From Candidatus Omnitrophota bacterium (GTDB lineage Bacteria > Omnitrophota > Gorgyraeia > B26-G9): a DNA stretch of 64,000 nucleotides. Below the pieces are notes generated by a model, which made no database searches, had not been told where the DNA came from, and saw nothing but the letters and a program-made list of their open reading frames with translations. The stretch's first letter is position 1, and each line of letters begins with the position of its first letter. The DNA lies in NCBI GenBank assembly GCA_043814605.1, contig JBDRJV010000016.1, forward strand, positions 16,218 to 80,217, read 5' to 3'. Below are positions 30,642 through 42,053 of this stretch, piece after piece. The translations under genes were made by a program, and so were the position numbers.

Positions 30642-33086
30642 ATGTTTGACCGTTTTACGGAGCGAGCTAGAAAAGTGATTTTGCTGGCCAAAGAGGAGGC
30701 AAAAAGATTTAATCACGATTATATCGGAACCGAACATGTTTTGTTAGGTTTGATAAAAGAAGGAGAAGGAGTGGCGGCAGCTGTTTTGCAAAACTTGGGG
30801 CTTAACTTGGATATGATTCGTTTAGAGGTTGAAAAACTTGTTCAACCCGGGCCCAGCACTGTTACCTCCGGAGATATCCCATTTACACCAAAAGCAAAGA
30901 AAGTTATTGAATTAGCTATGGATGAAGCCAGAAGTTTAGGCCATAACTATATTGGTACAGAACATCTTTTACTCGGTCTAATCCGGGAAAATGAAGGAGT
31001 TGCTTCTCAAGTATTATTAAATCTGGGGCTTGATTTGAATAAAGTGCGTAAAGAAATAATGGATCTGCTCGGGACAACTGCGGCTAATTATGACGGCACT
31101 CAAACTCAGTCTCAAGCAGCACATGCAAAGGCTAAAACCCCGGCGCTGGATGCTTTTGGCCGGGATTTAAATAAGTTAGCCCATGATGAGAAATTAGACC
31201 CGGTAATCGGCCGGGCTAAAGAAATTGACCGCCTAATTCGTATTTTGAGCCGCAGGACAAAAAACAATCCGGTTTTATTAGGAGAAGCCGGAGTAGGAAA
31301 AACAGCGATTGTAGAAGGATTAGCACAGCAAATTGTTTTGGGTAATGTTCCGGAAGTTCTAAGAGATAAACGTGTGGTTGTTTTGGATTTGGCCCTGATG
31401 GTTGCGGGAACCAAATACCGCGGGCAGTTTGAGGAAAGAATTAAGGCAGTAATGGATGAAATTAAACGTTCAGAAAATGTTATAATTTTTGTTGATGAGC
31501 TGCACACAATTGTCGGAGCCGGCGGCGCCGAAGGAGCAATTGATGCCTCTAATATTTTAAAGCCGGCATTAGCGCGCGGAGAAATTCAGTGTATTGGAGC
31601 TACGACAATGGATGAGTACAGAAAATATATTGAAAAAGATGCCGCGCTAGAAAGACGTTTTCAAACAGTATTGGTTGAACCGCCTTCAATATTAGAAACA
31701 ATTGAGATTTTAAAGGGATTAAGAGAAAGATATGAAGCGCATCATCGGGTTAAATACTCTGATATTGCTCTGGAAGCCGCAGCAAAATTATCCGAAAGAT
31801 ATATCAGCGGAAGGTTTTTACCGGATAAAGCTGTAGATATAATTGATGAAGCTGGTTCCCGGGCCCGGTTATTAGTAATGACCGCGCCGCCGGATTTAAA
31901 AGATATGGAGAAAGAAATTGAAAACTTACGTAAGAAAAAAGAAGCAGCCGTAAAAGCTCAGGATTTTGAAAAAGCCGCTTCTTATCGGGATAAAGAAAGA
32001 GAGTCTCGTACTCAATTAGATAAGATTAGAAGTAATTGGAACGAAAGCCGGATGGAAATGAACGTTGAAGTAAAAGAAGAGGATATTGCTGAAATTATTT
32101 CTCAATGGACCGGAGTTCCGATTTCACGTTTGGAAGAAAAAGAAAGTGAAAGACTTATTAAAATGGAAGAGGAATTGCATAAACGTGTAGTGGGACAGGA
32201 TGAAGCCCTTAAGGCAATTACCCATGCTGTGCGCCGTTCGCGTGCAGGATTGAAAGATCCCAAACGCCCGATTGGCTCTTTTGTTTTTCTGGGTCCGACC
32301 GGGGTGGGGAAAACACTATTAGGTAAAGCCCTGGCAGAATTTTTGTTTGGAGATGCGGATTCGATTATTCAAATTGATATGTCTGAATATATGGAAAAAT
32401 TTAATGTTTCTCGTTTAGTGGGAGCGCCTCCCGGTTATGTGGGGTATGAGGAGGGCGGACAATTAACAGAAAGAGTCAGGAGAAAACCTTATTCAGTTAT
32501 TCTTTTAGATGAAATTGAAAAGGCACATCCGGATGTATTTAATTTGTTACTTCAGGTGTTAGAAGAGGGAAGACTTACCGATAGCTTCGGCCGCAAAGTT
32601 GATTTTAGAAATACTGTTCTGATCATGACCAGCAATATTGGAGCAAGTTTACTGCGTAAACAGGGATCAATCGGGTTTAGTTCTAATGACGAGGATGAAA
32701 TGAATTATAAATCAATGAAAGCTAAACTTCTGGATGAGGTTAAAAAGTCTTTTAAACCTGAATTTTTAAATCGTATTGATGATTTAATTGTTTTTCGGCC
32801 GCTGACGAAAAAAGATCTTTATAATATTATTGAAATTGAAATTAAAGATGTTATCGGACGTTTAAACGAACAGGAAATAAACATTGAACTTAACCAAGAA
32901 GCTAAAGATGTTTTAATCACCAAGGGATTTGACCAGGTGTTTGGAGCCCGGCCTTTAAAAAGAACAATCCAGAGATACTTGGAAAATCCTTTAGCGGAAG
33001 AAATTTTAGCCAAGAAGGTTGATAAGTCCAAGACAATTAAAATTTCTGCGGATAAAACAAAAGAAGCTTTAGTTTTTTCAACTTAA
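30642..33086 (+). CDS. clpC: ATP-dependent Clp protease ATPase subunit ClpC
   Basis: Double Clp-N repeat, two AAA modules ([16 protein letters not shown]), UVR M-domain, IGF loop. Confidence 0.97.
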   Translation: MFDRFTERARKVILLAKEEAKRFNHDYIGTEHVLLGLIKEGEGVAAAVLQNLGLNLDMIRLEVEKLVQPGPSTVTSGDIPFTPKAKKVIELAMDEARSLGHNYIGTEHLLLGLIRENEGVASQVLLNLGLDLNKVRKEIMDLLGTTAANYDGTQTQSQAAHAKAKTPALDAFGRDLNKLAHDEKLDPVIGRAKEIDRLIRILSRRTKNNPVLLGEAGVGKTAIVEGLAQQIVLGNVPEVLRDKRVVVLDLALMVAGTKYRGQFEERIKAVMDEIKRSENVIIFVDELHTIVGAGGAEGAIDASNILKPALARGEIQCIGATTMDEYRKYIEKDAALERRFQTVLVEPPSILETIEILKGLRERYEAHHRVKYSDIALEAAAKLSERYISGRFLPDKAVDIIDEAGSRARLLVMTAPPDLKDMEKEIENLRKKKEAAVKAQDFEKAASYRDKERESRTQLDKIRSNWNESRMEMNVEVKEEDIAEIISQWTGVPISRLEEKESERLIKMEEELHKRVVGQDEALKAITHAVRRSRAGLKDPKRPIGSFVFLGPTGVGKTLLGKALAEFLFGDADSIIQIDMSEYMEKFNVSRLVGAPPGYVGYEEGGQLTERVRRKPYSVILLDEIEKAHPDVFNLLLQVLEEGRLTDSFGRKVDFRNTVLIMTSNIGASLLRKQGSIGFSSNDEDEMNYKSMKAKLLDEVKKSFKPEFLNRIDDLIVFRPLTKKDLYNIIEIEIKDVIGRLNEQEINIELNQEAKDVLITKGFDQVFGARPLKRTIQRYLENPLAEEILAKKVDKSKTIKISADKTKEALVFST

Positions 33087-33120
33087 TTTTTAAAAATTAA
33101 AATTTAAAAGAGGTCTTTGC

Positions 33121-33906
33121 GTGTTTAATTCAAATAATTCTTTATTGCTTAAGCAGAAACTAACCGTATTGATTGAGTATGTTGGCGGGCTTGCACTTTT
33201 ATTTTTTCAAACAATATTTTGGGCTTTTTCCCGCCCCTTTAAGCGTAAGCCGGTAATTGAGCAAATGAGCAAGACAGGAGTAGACAGTTTTTTGATTGTT
33301 TTTCTTACGGCATTTTTTACCGGGATTGTATTGGCTTTTCAAACTGCTTATACCATGAAGCAGATGTCTGCCGAAATCTATATTGCCAGCTTGGTAAGTT
33401 TATCTATGACCCGGGAATTAGGTCCTGTCCTTACCGCTTTAGTTGTGGCGGCTCGGGTAGGAGCTTCAATTACTGCGGAAGTGGGAACAATGAAAGTTAC
33501 GGAGCAGATAGATGCATTAGAAACACTGGCAACGAATCCGATAAAATATCTGGTTGTACCGCGTTATTTAGCATTATCGATTATGCTGCCGATTTTAACA
33601 ATCTATGCTGATTTTGTAGGAATTTTAGGCGGTTTTATTGTCGGCGTATCCAAACTGCATATTTCTCCGTATCTTTACATGAAAAAAACATTTGATTCTT
33701 TGGTGTTTAAAGATGTTTTTACCGGGCTGCTAAAATCGCTTATATTTGCTGCAGTAATTTCATTAGTTGCTTGTTATGAAGGTATGCGTACACGCGGGGG
33801 AGCAGAGGGAGTAGGAAAATCAACAACTTTATCTGTGGTTACCTCCTGTGTTTTAGTAATTGCTTTAGATTGTTTTTTTACAGCAGTGTTTTATTTTATT
33901 TGGTAA
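33121..33906 (+). CDS. mlaE: MlaE family ABC permease
   Basis: RELGPVLTA, EVGTMKVTEQIDAL and GGAEGVGKST motifs. Confidence 0.93.
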   Translation: MFNSNNSLLLKQKLTVLIEYVGGLALLFFQTIFWAFSRPFKRKPVIEQMSKTGVDSFLIVFLTAFFTGIVLAFQTAYTMKQMSAEIYIASLVSLSMTRELGPVLTALVVAARVGASITAEVGTMKVTEQIDALETLATNPIKYLVVPRYLALSIMLPILTIYADFVGILGGFIVGVSKLHISPYLYMKKTFDSLVFKDVFTGLLKSLIFAAVISLVACYEGMRTRGGAEGVGKSTTLSVVTSCVLVIALDCFFTAVFYFIW

Positions 33907-34090
33907 CTTATTTTGATAGAGCAAGATAATTTACTTCGAGAAAAGGCAAGAAGTTTTCGAAAAAACTATTATGAATATATGTGGAAAAATTTTAATGGGT
34001 AGGATGAATATCTTTTGCCTTGTAAAAGGTTTGAGATAAATTCCGCCATTTATTTTACATCATTATATTCTGTAAAATAAGGTGTCATTT

Positions 34091-34849
34091 ATGATCGATG
34101 TAAAAAATTTGTATAAAACATTTGAAGAACAAAAAGTTCTTGAGGGTTTGGATTTGCATATTGATAAGGGAGAAACGCTGGTTATTATCGGCAGATCTGG
34201 CTGCGGGAAGAGTGTATTACTAAAACACATTATTGGAATTATGCAGCCGGATAGTGGTGAAGTAAAGGTTGATGGGGAAAAAATTGCAAATTTAAAAGGA
34301 AAAGAGCTTATTGATTTACGGATGAAGTTTGGCATGCTTTTTCAGGGAGCGGCACTCTTTGATTCTCTAAATGTCTATGAAAATGTGGGATTTGCCCTGC
34401 GTGAGCACACAAATATTGACCCGGAAGAGATAAAGAAACGGGTAGCGAATTCTTTAAAGAGCGTTGACCTTGAGAATGTCGAAGAAAAAAAACCCGCAGA
34501 ACTGAGCGGCGGCATGAAAAAAAGAGTGGGCCTGGCGCGGGCAATTTGTAATGAGCCTCAGATAATTCTTTATGATGAACCAACTACCGGGCTTGATCCG
34601 ATTATGGCCGATATGATTAATGAGCTGATTATTCGATTAAGTGAACAATTAAAAGTCACTTCAATTGTGGTAACGCATGATATGGTTTCTGCCTATAAGG
34701 TGGGCACGCGTATTGCGATGCTTTATGAAGGTAAAATTATTGAGCAAGGGACGCCGGATGAAATTAGAAATTCTCAAAATCCGATCGTGCAGCAATTTAT
34801 TACTGGTGCGGCACATGGCCCGATAACGGACAACAGATTTAATAAATAA
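34091..34849 (+). CDS. mlaF: MlaF family ABC ATPase
   Basis: GRSGCGKS, FQGAALFDSL, LSGGMKKRV and DEPTTGLDP motifs. Confidence 0.93.
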   Translation: MIDVKNLYKTFEEQKVLEGLDLHIDKGETLVIIGRSGCGKSVLLKHIIGIMQPDSGEVKVDGEKIANLKGKELIDLRMKFGMLFQGAALFDSLNVYENVGFALREHTNIDPEEIKKRVANSLKSVDLENVEEKKPAELSGGMKKRVGLARAICNEPQIILYDEPTTGLDPIMADMINELIIRLSEQLKVTSIVVTHDMVSAYKVGTRIAMLYEGKIIEQGTPDEIRNSQNPIVQQFITGAAHGPITDNRFNK

Positions 34850-34918
34850 TAAATGAAAGGATTTTTCGGATTTTAGTTTCAAAATTATTAAAACTAGATT
34901 TTAACCGGGGGAAATAAA

Positions 34919-35743
34919 ATGAAGGGAATTAGCATAGAGTTTAAAGTGGGATTTTTTATTGTAATTGCGGTGATTATTTTATCCGTGATTGTTTTTCAAA
35001 TTGGCGGCATTAATATTTTTAGCGCAAATATGTATACAGTGTTTGTTATTTTTGATTTTGTTAATGGCGTAGCTAAAGATGCACCGGTGCATGTTGCCGG
35101 AGTTGCCGTAGGTGATGTCAAGGATGTTTTAATATTCTATGATGCGGCGGAACGAAAAACACAGGTTAAATTAGTTTTGTATATTAAAAATAATGTTAAA
35201 ATTCCTAAAGATTCAGTGGCTTATATTAATACATTAGGAATTCTGGGAGAAAAATATATAGAGATTGTTCCCGGGGAAGACCGGGAAAATTTTCTGGGTA
35301 ATGAAGATTATATTATCGGGAATAATCCGGTGCAGCTGGAAAAATTAACCGAATCGCTTGTCGATGTGATCGGAGATCAGACTGTGCGGGATTCTTTACG
35401 GGAGAGTTTTTATAATCTGAGAATCACTACAGAAAATTTAAAAGAAGCAAGTGAAATATTAAATACAACGGTAGAAGAGATTAAAGGGGGTAAAGGGACA
35501 ATAGGTAAATTTCTTAACGATGATTCTATTTATTTAAAAACTGAAGCAATGGTGGTTAACCTTAATCAAAAACTGGATAAAACTGTTGTTGATCTGAATG
35601 CTTCTCTTAATGATTTAGTCGGTGATTTAAAACAGCATCCGTGGAAATTGTTCAGTAAACCGCCGAAGAAAAAAGATAAAGAAACAAAAGAAAAAGATAT
35701 TATAAAAGAAACTAACCGGGGTTTTATTTTAAATCAAAAATGA
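34919..35743 (+). CDS. mlaD: MCE/MlaD family protein
   Basis: EFKVGFF TM, V.GV.VG.V, GILGEKYIEI and GTIGKFLND motifs. Confidence 0.92.
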   Translation: MKGISIEFKVGFFIVIAVIILSVIVFQIGGINIFSANMYTVFVIFDFVNGVAKDAPVHVAGVAVGDVKDVLIFYDAAERKTQVKLVLYIKNNVKIPKDSVAYINTLGILGEKYIEIVPGEDRENFLGNEDYIIGNNPVQLEKLTESLVDVIGDQTVRDSLRESFYNLRITTENLKEASEILNTTVEEIKGGKGTIGKFLNDDSIYLKTEAMVVNLNQKLDKTVVDLNASLNDLVGDLKQHPWKLFSKPPKKKDKETKEKDIIKETNRGFILNQK

Positions 35744-37113
35744 AAACTAAAACTGTTTTTGTCTGTCAAGAATGTGGATATAGTTCGGTGAAATGGATCG
35801 GCCGATGCCCGGAATGCAATAACTGGAACTCTCTGGTTGAGGAAATGGGCCGGTCGAAAAAAGAAAATTTGCACGGATTTGATTTAGGCGTTTTTGCCAA
35901 GCCGGAACGTTTATCAGAGGTTCAGATTAGTTCTCAGGTAAGATTAACAACAGATATTAGGGAGCTTGACCATGTTTTAGGGGGAGGGATTGTTCAAGGC
36001 TCTGTTATCCTGATTGGCGGAGCTCCCGGGATTGGTAAATCTACATTATTATTACAGGTTTGCGCTAATTTGAGCAAAAAAAATAAAAAGATTTTGTACA
36101 TAACTGCTGAGGAATCGCCCCAACAAACAAAGTTACGGGCTGAGCGTTTAGGATCTGTAGGAAATAATCTTTTTCTAGTATGTGAAACTAATCTGGATAT
36201 AATTTTAGAACATATTAAAAATATTAAACCGGATATTATTGTTGCCGATTCTATACAGGTTTTATATTTGGAAGATGTAACCAGCGCAGCCGGCAGCGTA
36301 TCTCAGGTTAGAGAATGCGCATCAAAACTGACAATCCTGGCTAAAAATTCCGGGATTGCAGTTTTTTTGGTAGGGCATGTGACAAAAGAAGGGTCTTTAG
36401 CCGGGCCGCGGGTACTGGAGCATCTGGTAGATTGCGTTCTTTATTTTGAAGGAGAAAGCAGTACAAATTTTAGAATAATTAGAGCCGTTAAAAACAGGTT
36501 TGGTTCAACTAATGAGATTGGTATTTTTGAGATGACCTCTAGCGGGCTCAAAGAGGTTGAAAACCCTTCACAGATGTTTTTATCGCAAAGGGCTGTACAA
36601 ATTTCCGGTTCAGCGGTTGTTGCCACAATGGAGGGGTCAAGGCCGTTACTGGTGGAGATTCAAGCCTTAGTCAGTCCGACCAGTTTTGGCTTGCCCCGGC
36701 GCCGAACAACAGGTATTGATTTTAACAGAACGTCTTTATTGATTGCTGTCTTAGAGAAAAGAGCACGTTGTGCTTTACAGACACAGGATATTTTTGTTAA
36801 TGTTGCCGGCGGAGTAAAGGTTGTTGAGCCAGCAGCAGATTTAGCTTCAGTTTGTGCGATTGCTTCTAATTTTAAAGATAAGCCAATTGACAATCTAGAT
36901 GTAATTTTTGGTGAAGTCGGCTTAGGCGGTGAGGTCAGAGCTGTACCCCAGGCAGATTTGAGAATTAATGAAGCTAAAAAATTGGGTTTTAAACGGGTAA
37001 TTTTACCGACGGGGAATTTAAAAAATTTGAAAAAAAATTTTAAAGATACAGAAATTGAATTAATTGGCGTGGGAACAGTAGCCGAAGCTTTAAAAATAAT
37101 TTTTAGAAGTTGA
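35740..37113 (+). CDS. radA: DNA repair protein RadA/Sms
   Basis: C4 zinc finger, GAPGIGKST, KNRFG, Lon-like C-terminus. Confidence 0.97.
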   Translation: MKTKTVFVCQECGYSSVKWIGRCPECNNWNSLVEEMGRSKKENLHGFDLGVFAKPERLSEVQISSQVRLTTDIRELDHVLGGGIVQGSVILIGGAPGIGKSTLLLQVCANLSKKNKKILYITAEESPQQTKLRAERLGSVGNNLFLVCETNLDIILEHIKNIKPDIIVADSIQVLYLEDVTSAAGSVSQVRECASKLTILAKNSGIAVFLVGHVTKEGSLAGPRVLEHLVDCVLYFEGESSTNFRIIRAVKNRFGSTNEIGIFEMTSSGLKEVENPSQMFLSQRAVQISGSAVVATMEGSRPLLVEIQALVSPTSFGLPRRRTTGIDFNRTSLLIAVLEKRARCALQTQDIFVNVAGGVKVVEPAADLASVCAIASNFKDKPIDNLDVIFGEVGLGGEVRAVPQADLRINEAKKLGFKRVILPTGNLKNLKKNFKDTEIELIGVGTVAEALKIIFRS

Positions 37114-37167
37114 TAAAAAAAATTATACGGATTCATACATAACTTATATTAAATAGGAGAATTAAAA

Positions 37168-38175
37168 ATGACTATATTTTTTGTGCGTTCATTTTTCTGC
37201 TTGATTAGTATGTTAGTGGGGTATCAAATCGGAGCATTACTGGGTTCTCCGAGTTCAAACACCGCTTTTGCCGGCCTGGGTTTAGGTTTAGCCGTAAGTA
37301 TTGTGATTATTGTGGTGGAACGGGGTTTGCGCAGGATTTCTGTGCGCGGATTATCCAGTGCAGTATTTGGGTTGATTTTCGGATTGCTTGCCGCAAAACT
37401 TTTAACAGATGCGGTGATGTTATTACCGGTGGATGAAGTTACTGCACGCACAATGCGCGTAATTTTCACTTTAATCTTATGCTATTTAGGGATGATTGTT
37501 GCAATTCGCGGCCGGGATGAATTTAATCTGATTATTCCTTATATAAAATTTACACGTCATGATCAAGTGCAGCAAAATATACTTTTAGATACAAGCGTGA
37601 TAATTGACGGACGGATCATTGATTTGTGCCAGACTAAATTTGTGGAAGGAAGATTGGTAATTGCACGGTTTGTGCTGAAAGAATTACAGCAGATTTCAGA
37701 TTCTTCTGATGCGTTAAAAAGAAACCGGGGCCGGCGGGGGTTAGATATTTTAAATAAGATTCAAAAATTAGAAAAAGTTGCCGTAAAAATTCACGATGAA
37801 GATTTTCCGGAAATCGGTGAAGTCGATGCGAAATTAGTAAAATTAGCCCGGGTTTTAGATGCGAAGATTTTTACTAATGATTATAATCTAAATAAAGTTG
37901 CGGAGCTTGAAGGAGTCACTGTTTTAAATATTAATGATTTAGCGAATGCTTTAAAAACAGTTGTCTTACCCGGCGAATTATTAGAGGTAAAAATTGTTAA
38001 AGAAGGCAAGGAATTAAATCAAGGCGTAGCTTATTTAGATGATGGGACGATGGTTGTAGTCGAAGAAGGCCGTAGAATTATCGGCCAGACAAAACAAGTT
38101 GCGGTTACAAGTGTATTACAAACATCAGCCGGCCGGATGATTTTTGGAAAAATCAATAATGGCCATAAAAATTAA
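37168..38175 (+). CDS. Membrane PIN/TRAM domain protein (YacL-like)
   Basis: Four TMs; DTSVIIDGRI, RGRRGLD, TNDYNL and GVAYLDDGTMVVVE motifs. Confidence 0.93.
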   Translation: MTIFFVRSFFCLISMLVGYQIGALLGSPSSNTAFAGLGLGLAVSIVIIVVERGLRRISVRGLSSAVFGLIFGLLAAKLLTDAVMLLPVDEVTARTMRVIFTLILCYLGMIVAIRGRDEFNLIIPYIKFTRHDQVQQNILLDTSVIIDGRIIDLCQTKFVEGRLVIARFVLKELQQISDSSDALKRNRGRRGLDILNKIQKLEKVAVKIHDEDFPEIGEVDAKLVKLARVLDAKIFTNDYNLNKVAELEGVTVLNINDLANALKTVVLPGELLEVKIVKEGKELNQGVAYLDDGTMVVVEEGRRIIGQTKQVAVTSVLQTSAGRMIFGKINNGHKN

Positions 38176-38203
38176 AAAAAATTAACGTAAAAAAACTTAT
38201 TTG

Positions 38204-38911
38204 ATGAAAATGGTAAAAATTGTTGCGATAGTTCCGGCGGCAGGCTCAGGTATTCGTTTAGGGCATAAAATATCAAAACCTTATATTCAGATTAATAATC
38301 ATCCCCTATTATCATATTCGTTGCGTCTTTTACAGAAATCCCCTAAGATAAACGAAATAATTGTTGTTGTGGAAAAGGGAAAAACAGCTCAGGCTAAGAA
38401 GCTGATAAAACGCTATAAAATTAATAAGGTAAAAAAAATTGTCCTGGGCGGGCCAACCCGGAGTGAATCAGTTAAGAACGGGCTAAAAGTTGTTGAGCCA
38501 GGGACTGATTTTGTGTTAATTCATGATGGGGCCAGGCCTTTTTTAACAAAAAGCATTTTAGACCGCTGTCTGAAGGAAGTGATTAAACATAAAGCAGTAA
38601 TTTGTGCGGTAAAATGTTCATCAACAATAAAATCTGCGGATAGAAATTTATATGTAACTTCTACATTGGATAGAAATTCCTTATGGGAAGTGCAAACACC
38701 ACAAGTTTTTAGTTATGACTTAATTATGCGTGCTTATGAGAAAGTTCAAAACAAAAGTAAAAATTTTTTTGATGATGCTTCTTTAGTAGAAAAATTATCT
38801 GGCGGGAAAAGAGTAAAAATTGTTGAGGGGACCAGAACAAATATTAAGATTACAACGACAGATGACTTAAAGATAGCTAAAGCACTACTAAAAACAGCGT
38901 TTAGCGTTTAG
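38204..38911 (+). CDS. ispD: 2-C-methyl-D-erythritol 4-phosphate cytidylyltransferase
   Basis: PAAGSGIR, IHDGARP, VQTPQ and NIKITT motifs. Confidence 0.95.
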   Translation: MKMVKIVAIVPAAGSGIRLGHKISKPYIQINNHPLLSYSLRLLQKSPKINEIIVVVEKGKTAQAKKLIKRYKINKVKKIVLGGPTRSESVKNGLKVVEPGTDFVLIHDGARPFLTKSILDRCLKEVIKHKAVICAVKCSSTIKSADRNLYVTSTLDRNSLWEVQTPQVFSYDLIMRAYEKVQNKSKNFFDDASLVEKLSGGKRVKIVEGTRTNIKITTTDDLKIAKALLKTAFSV

Positions 38912-39017
38912 CGATTAGCGGTTAGAAGAAAAATAAGAGATAAAAATTTTTCCCGCTACTTGCTTGTACCCGTAAGGGTGCTTGTACCCGTAAGGGCGCT
39001 ACTCTTTACTCGCTACT
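38896..39017. repeat. Heptamer repeats and an 18-bp tandem duplication
   Basis: agcgttt/agcgatt/agcggtt units, complementary cgctact units, and tgcttgtacccgtaaggg twice (38961-38996). Confidence 0.7.
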
Positions 39018-39040
39018 AATTGAATATAGGAGCATTTATT

Positions 39041-39514
39041 ATGCGTATAGGTTATGGATATGACATTCACAGATTAGTCAAAGGGAGAAAGTTAATTCTG
39101 GGGGGAGTAGAATTGGTGTGTGACTGGGGTCTCCTGGGCTATTCTGATGCAGATGTGCTTTTGCATGCGGTTTCTGATGCTTTACTGGGAGCAGCTGGGT
39201 TAGGGGATATCGGAGAACATTTTCCGGATACAGATCCCCAGTATAAAGACAGCGATAGTAAAATTTTATTAAAGAAATGCCGGGAATTAGTAAAAGCACA
39301 AGGTTATAAAATAATAAATATAGATTGTACAATTTTTTGCGAAATTATAAAAATTTTGCCCTATAAAATTAAAATGAAAAAACAGATCAGCAGTATATTA
39401 AGCCTTAATGAAAAAAATATTAATATTAAAGCAAAGACCAAAGAAGGGCTTGATGCCGTAGGCCAGAAAAAAGCGATTGCGGCTGCTTGTGTGGTATTGC
39501 TAACAAGTACGTAA
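39041..39514 (+). CDS. ispF: 2-C-methyl-D-erythritol 2,4-cyclodiphosphate synthase
   Basis: RIGYGYDIH, SDADVLLHA, GDIGEHFPD and NIKAKT motifs; AGGAG RBS before ATG 39041. Confidence 0.95.
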   Translation: MRIGYGYDIHRLVKGRKLILGGVELVCDWGLLGYSDADVLLHAVSDALLGAAGLGDIGEHFPDTDPQYKDSDSKILLKKCRELVKAQGYKIINIDCTIFCEIIKILPYKIKMKKQISSILSLNEKNINIKAKTKEGLDAVGQKKAIAAACVVLLTST

Positions 39515-39554
39515 TATATCAGTGAAAAAATAGTTATTAGTGAAGGGAAGGGGA

Positions 39555-40229
39555 ATGATGTTGGAAATATTATTAATTATTGTTATTGCCTTTATCCTGG
39601 GATTAGCGATAATTTCGGTTATTTTTAAAGATGAGATAATATCGACTAAAGACCGGGATCCAGCGGCTCGGAGTACGCTAGAAATTTTATTAACATATTC
39701 TGGCATGCATGCTTTAATTTTATACAGAGTGGCAAACTTGTTATGCCGGCTAAAAATCCCTTTTTTGCCGCGCTGGCTTTCACAGGTAAACCGGTTTTTT
39801 ACCGGGATTGAAATCCATCCGGCGGCAAAAATCGGCAAGGGGCTGTTTATTGACCATGGTATGGGTGTGGTGATCGGAGAAACAACAGTTATCCTTGATA
39901 ATGTTACTTTGTACCAAGGCGTAACATTAGGCGGCACAGGAAAAGAAAAAGGTAAACGTCATCCTAATATTGGCAATAATGTTGTAATTGGAGCCGGGGC
40001 AAAAGTATTGGGTAATATTACCATCGGAGATAATTCTTATGTGGGCGCAAATGCTGTGGTAATTAAAGATGTGCCGCCAAATTCAACTGTAGTCGGTGTT
40101 CCGGGAACGATTACCAAACAAGACGGCCAAAAAATGGAAAGGATGCTTGACCATATACATGTTTTTGATCCCATAATGCAGAAGATAGAAAATCTGCAAA
40201 AGCAAATAGATGAAATCAAAAGAAAATAA
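39555..40229 (+). CDS. cysE: Serine O-acetyltransferase with N-terminal hydrophobic extension
   Basis: [25 protein letters not shown] and GKRHP motifs; hexapeptide repeats. Confidence 0.93.
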   Translation: MMLEILLIIVIAFILGLAIISVIFKDEIISTKDRDPAARSTLEILLTYSGMHALILYRVANLLCRLKIPFLPRWLSQVNRFFTGIEIHPAAKIGKGLFIDHGMGVVIGETTVILDNVTLYQGVTLGGTGKEKGKRHPNIGNNVVIGAGAKVLGNITIGDNSYVGANAVVIKDVPPNSTVVGVPGTITKQDGQKMERMLDHIHVFDPIMQKIENLQKQIDEIKRK

Positions 40230-40588
40230 TAATTAAATAACAAAATAAAATAACCAAACAATTTGTATAATTCGGAATCTGTGTTAACAGTTTTACTTGC
40301 TTTTTAAGATATCTGAGTCACTTATTTTTGCTCATTCTCATCCCGCTTCCTGCGGGACTGCGAGGCAGCCCGCGGATTTATTACATCTGTGTAAAATCAG
40401 CTAGTCTAATCCGCAAAAACAATTGCCTCATATGTCTTAATGTAAACAAATATTACGTAGATACAATAAATCCCAACATTTTATAACCAAGACAAATAAA
40501 AATCTTATTTATTAATTTTATTTAAGTCTAAATTATTAACATAATAATTGATTAGGGGAATTTATTAAATTATGTATAAGGGAAAAAA

Positions 40589-42034
40589 ATGGCTGTTAAA
40601 ATAAACAATTCATTAAATAATAAAAAGGAAGAGTTTAAACCTATAAATTCAAACAAAGTTAAAATGTATGACTGCGGGGTTACGGTGTATGATCACTGTC
40701 ATATTGGCCATGCGCGGAGCTTATATATTTTTGAGATAATTAGAAGATATCTCAAATATAAAGGGTTTGATGTTGAGTTTGTGAGAAATATCACGGATGT
40801 TGATGATAAAATTATTAATAAAGCACGCGAATGGGCTAAGGAACAGAATATTTCCTTAAAAGAAGCTTTTGATTCTGTGCGCAATTTTTATATTGATGAT
40901 TATTACCAGGATTTAGCAGGGATGAGAATTCCTCCGGCAGATATTGAGCCTAAGGCTACGGAAAATATTAATGAGATTATAAAATACATATCCGATTTAA
41001 GGGAAAAGGGATTTGCTTATGAGAAAGAGGGTAATGTTTATTTTTCTCCTAAAAAAGTGCCTGGTTACGGAGAGCTTTCCGGTAATTCTTTGGAAGAAGT
41101 TTTAGAAAGCGTCCGGATTGATTCTGATCCTTTTAAACAGGATCCGGTTGATTTTGCGCTTTGGAAAACAGCCAAACGTGATGAACCTTGCTGGGAAAGC
41201 CCCTGGGGCAAGGGAAGGCCGGGTTGGCATATTGAATGCTCAGTAATGAGCCAAAAATATCTTAAAACTGATACATTAGATATTCATGGCGGCGGCAGGG
41301 ATTTAATTTTTCCGCATCATGAGAATGAACGGGCCCAGTCGGAAGCGCTGACGGGAAAACCGTTTGCCAATTATTGGATACATCACGGATTATTAACGAT
41401 TAACGGGCAGAAAATGTCCAAATCTTTAGGTAATTTTGTGACGATTAAAGGTTTTTTAAACAATTATAGGGATCCGGATTTACTAAAATTATTTTTTCTC
41501 TCTGCGCATTATGCTCATTCTATTGATTTTAGCGAGTCAAAGATAGAAACAGTAAAAAAACAGAAGAAAAGTTTTTATGATTTTTTTGACCGTGTGGATA
41601 ATCGTTACTATCTAGAATCAAAGAAGATACAAGCAGAAAATTTTAAAAAAGATAAAAGTAAAATAGATACTTTATGTGATAAATTTGAGCAGGCAATGGA
41701 TGATGATTTTAATACTGCCCGCGCACTCGGCTGCTTATTTGAATTAGTTGATTTAGGTTCTAAATTTACATCCAGTGATAAAACAGAGGCTTCTAATTAT
41801 GTTAATGAAAAACTGAGTATATTTTTTGATATTCTCTGTCTAAAAAGGAAAGTAAAACAACAAATATCTCAGGAAATTGTTTCTTTAATCAACCAAAGAA
41901 ATGAAGCTAGGGTTCAGAAGGATTTTAAAAAAGCGGATAAAATTAGGGCAGAAATTGAAATGAATAGTGCCTATTTTCTCTCTGATAGTGCTAATGCGGT
42001 TAGTTTAATATCTAAAGAATTAAGCTTAGATTAG
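40589..42034 (+). CDS. cysS: Cysteinyl-tRNA synthetase
   Basis: CGVTVY..HIGH, DFALWK, GRPGWHIEC, FPHHENE and KMSKS motifs. Confidence 0.98.
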   Translation: MAVKINNSLNNKKEEFKPINSNKVKMYDCGVTVYDHCHIGHARSLYIFEIIRRYLKYKGFDVEFVRNITDVDDKIINKAREWAKEQNISLKEAFDSVRNFYIDDYYQDLAGMRIPPADIEPKATENINEIIKYISDLREKGFAYEKEGNVYFSPKKVPGYGELSGNSLEEVLESVRIDSDPFKQDPVDFALWKTAKRDEPCWESPWGKGRPGWHIECSVMSQKYLKTDTLDIHGGGRDLIFPHHENERAQSEALTGKPFANYWIHHGLLTINGQKMSKSLGNFVTIKGFLNNYRDPDLLKLFFLSAHYAHSIDFSESKIETVKKQKKSFYDFFDRVDNRYYLESKKIQAENFKKDKSKIDTLCDKFEQAMDDDFNTARALGCLFELVDLGSKFTSSDKTEASNYVNEKLSIFFDILCLKRKVKQQISQEIVSLINQRNEARVQKDFKKADKIRAEIEMNSAYFLSDSANAVSLISKELSLD

Positions 42035-42053
42035 CTTTTAATCCCTTTTTTGG

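Noticed and set aside
40230-40588. T-box riboswitch upstream of cysS
   Set aside because: No T-box consensus (GGTGGNACCGCG) or antiterminator is seen; only REP-like hairpins and AT-rich DNA.
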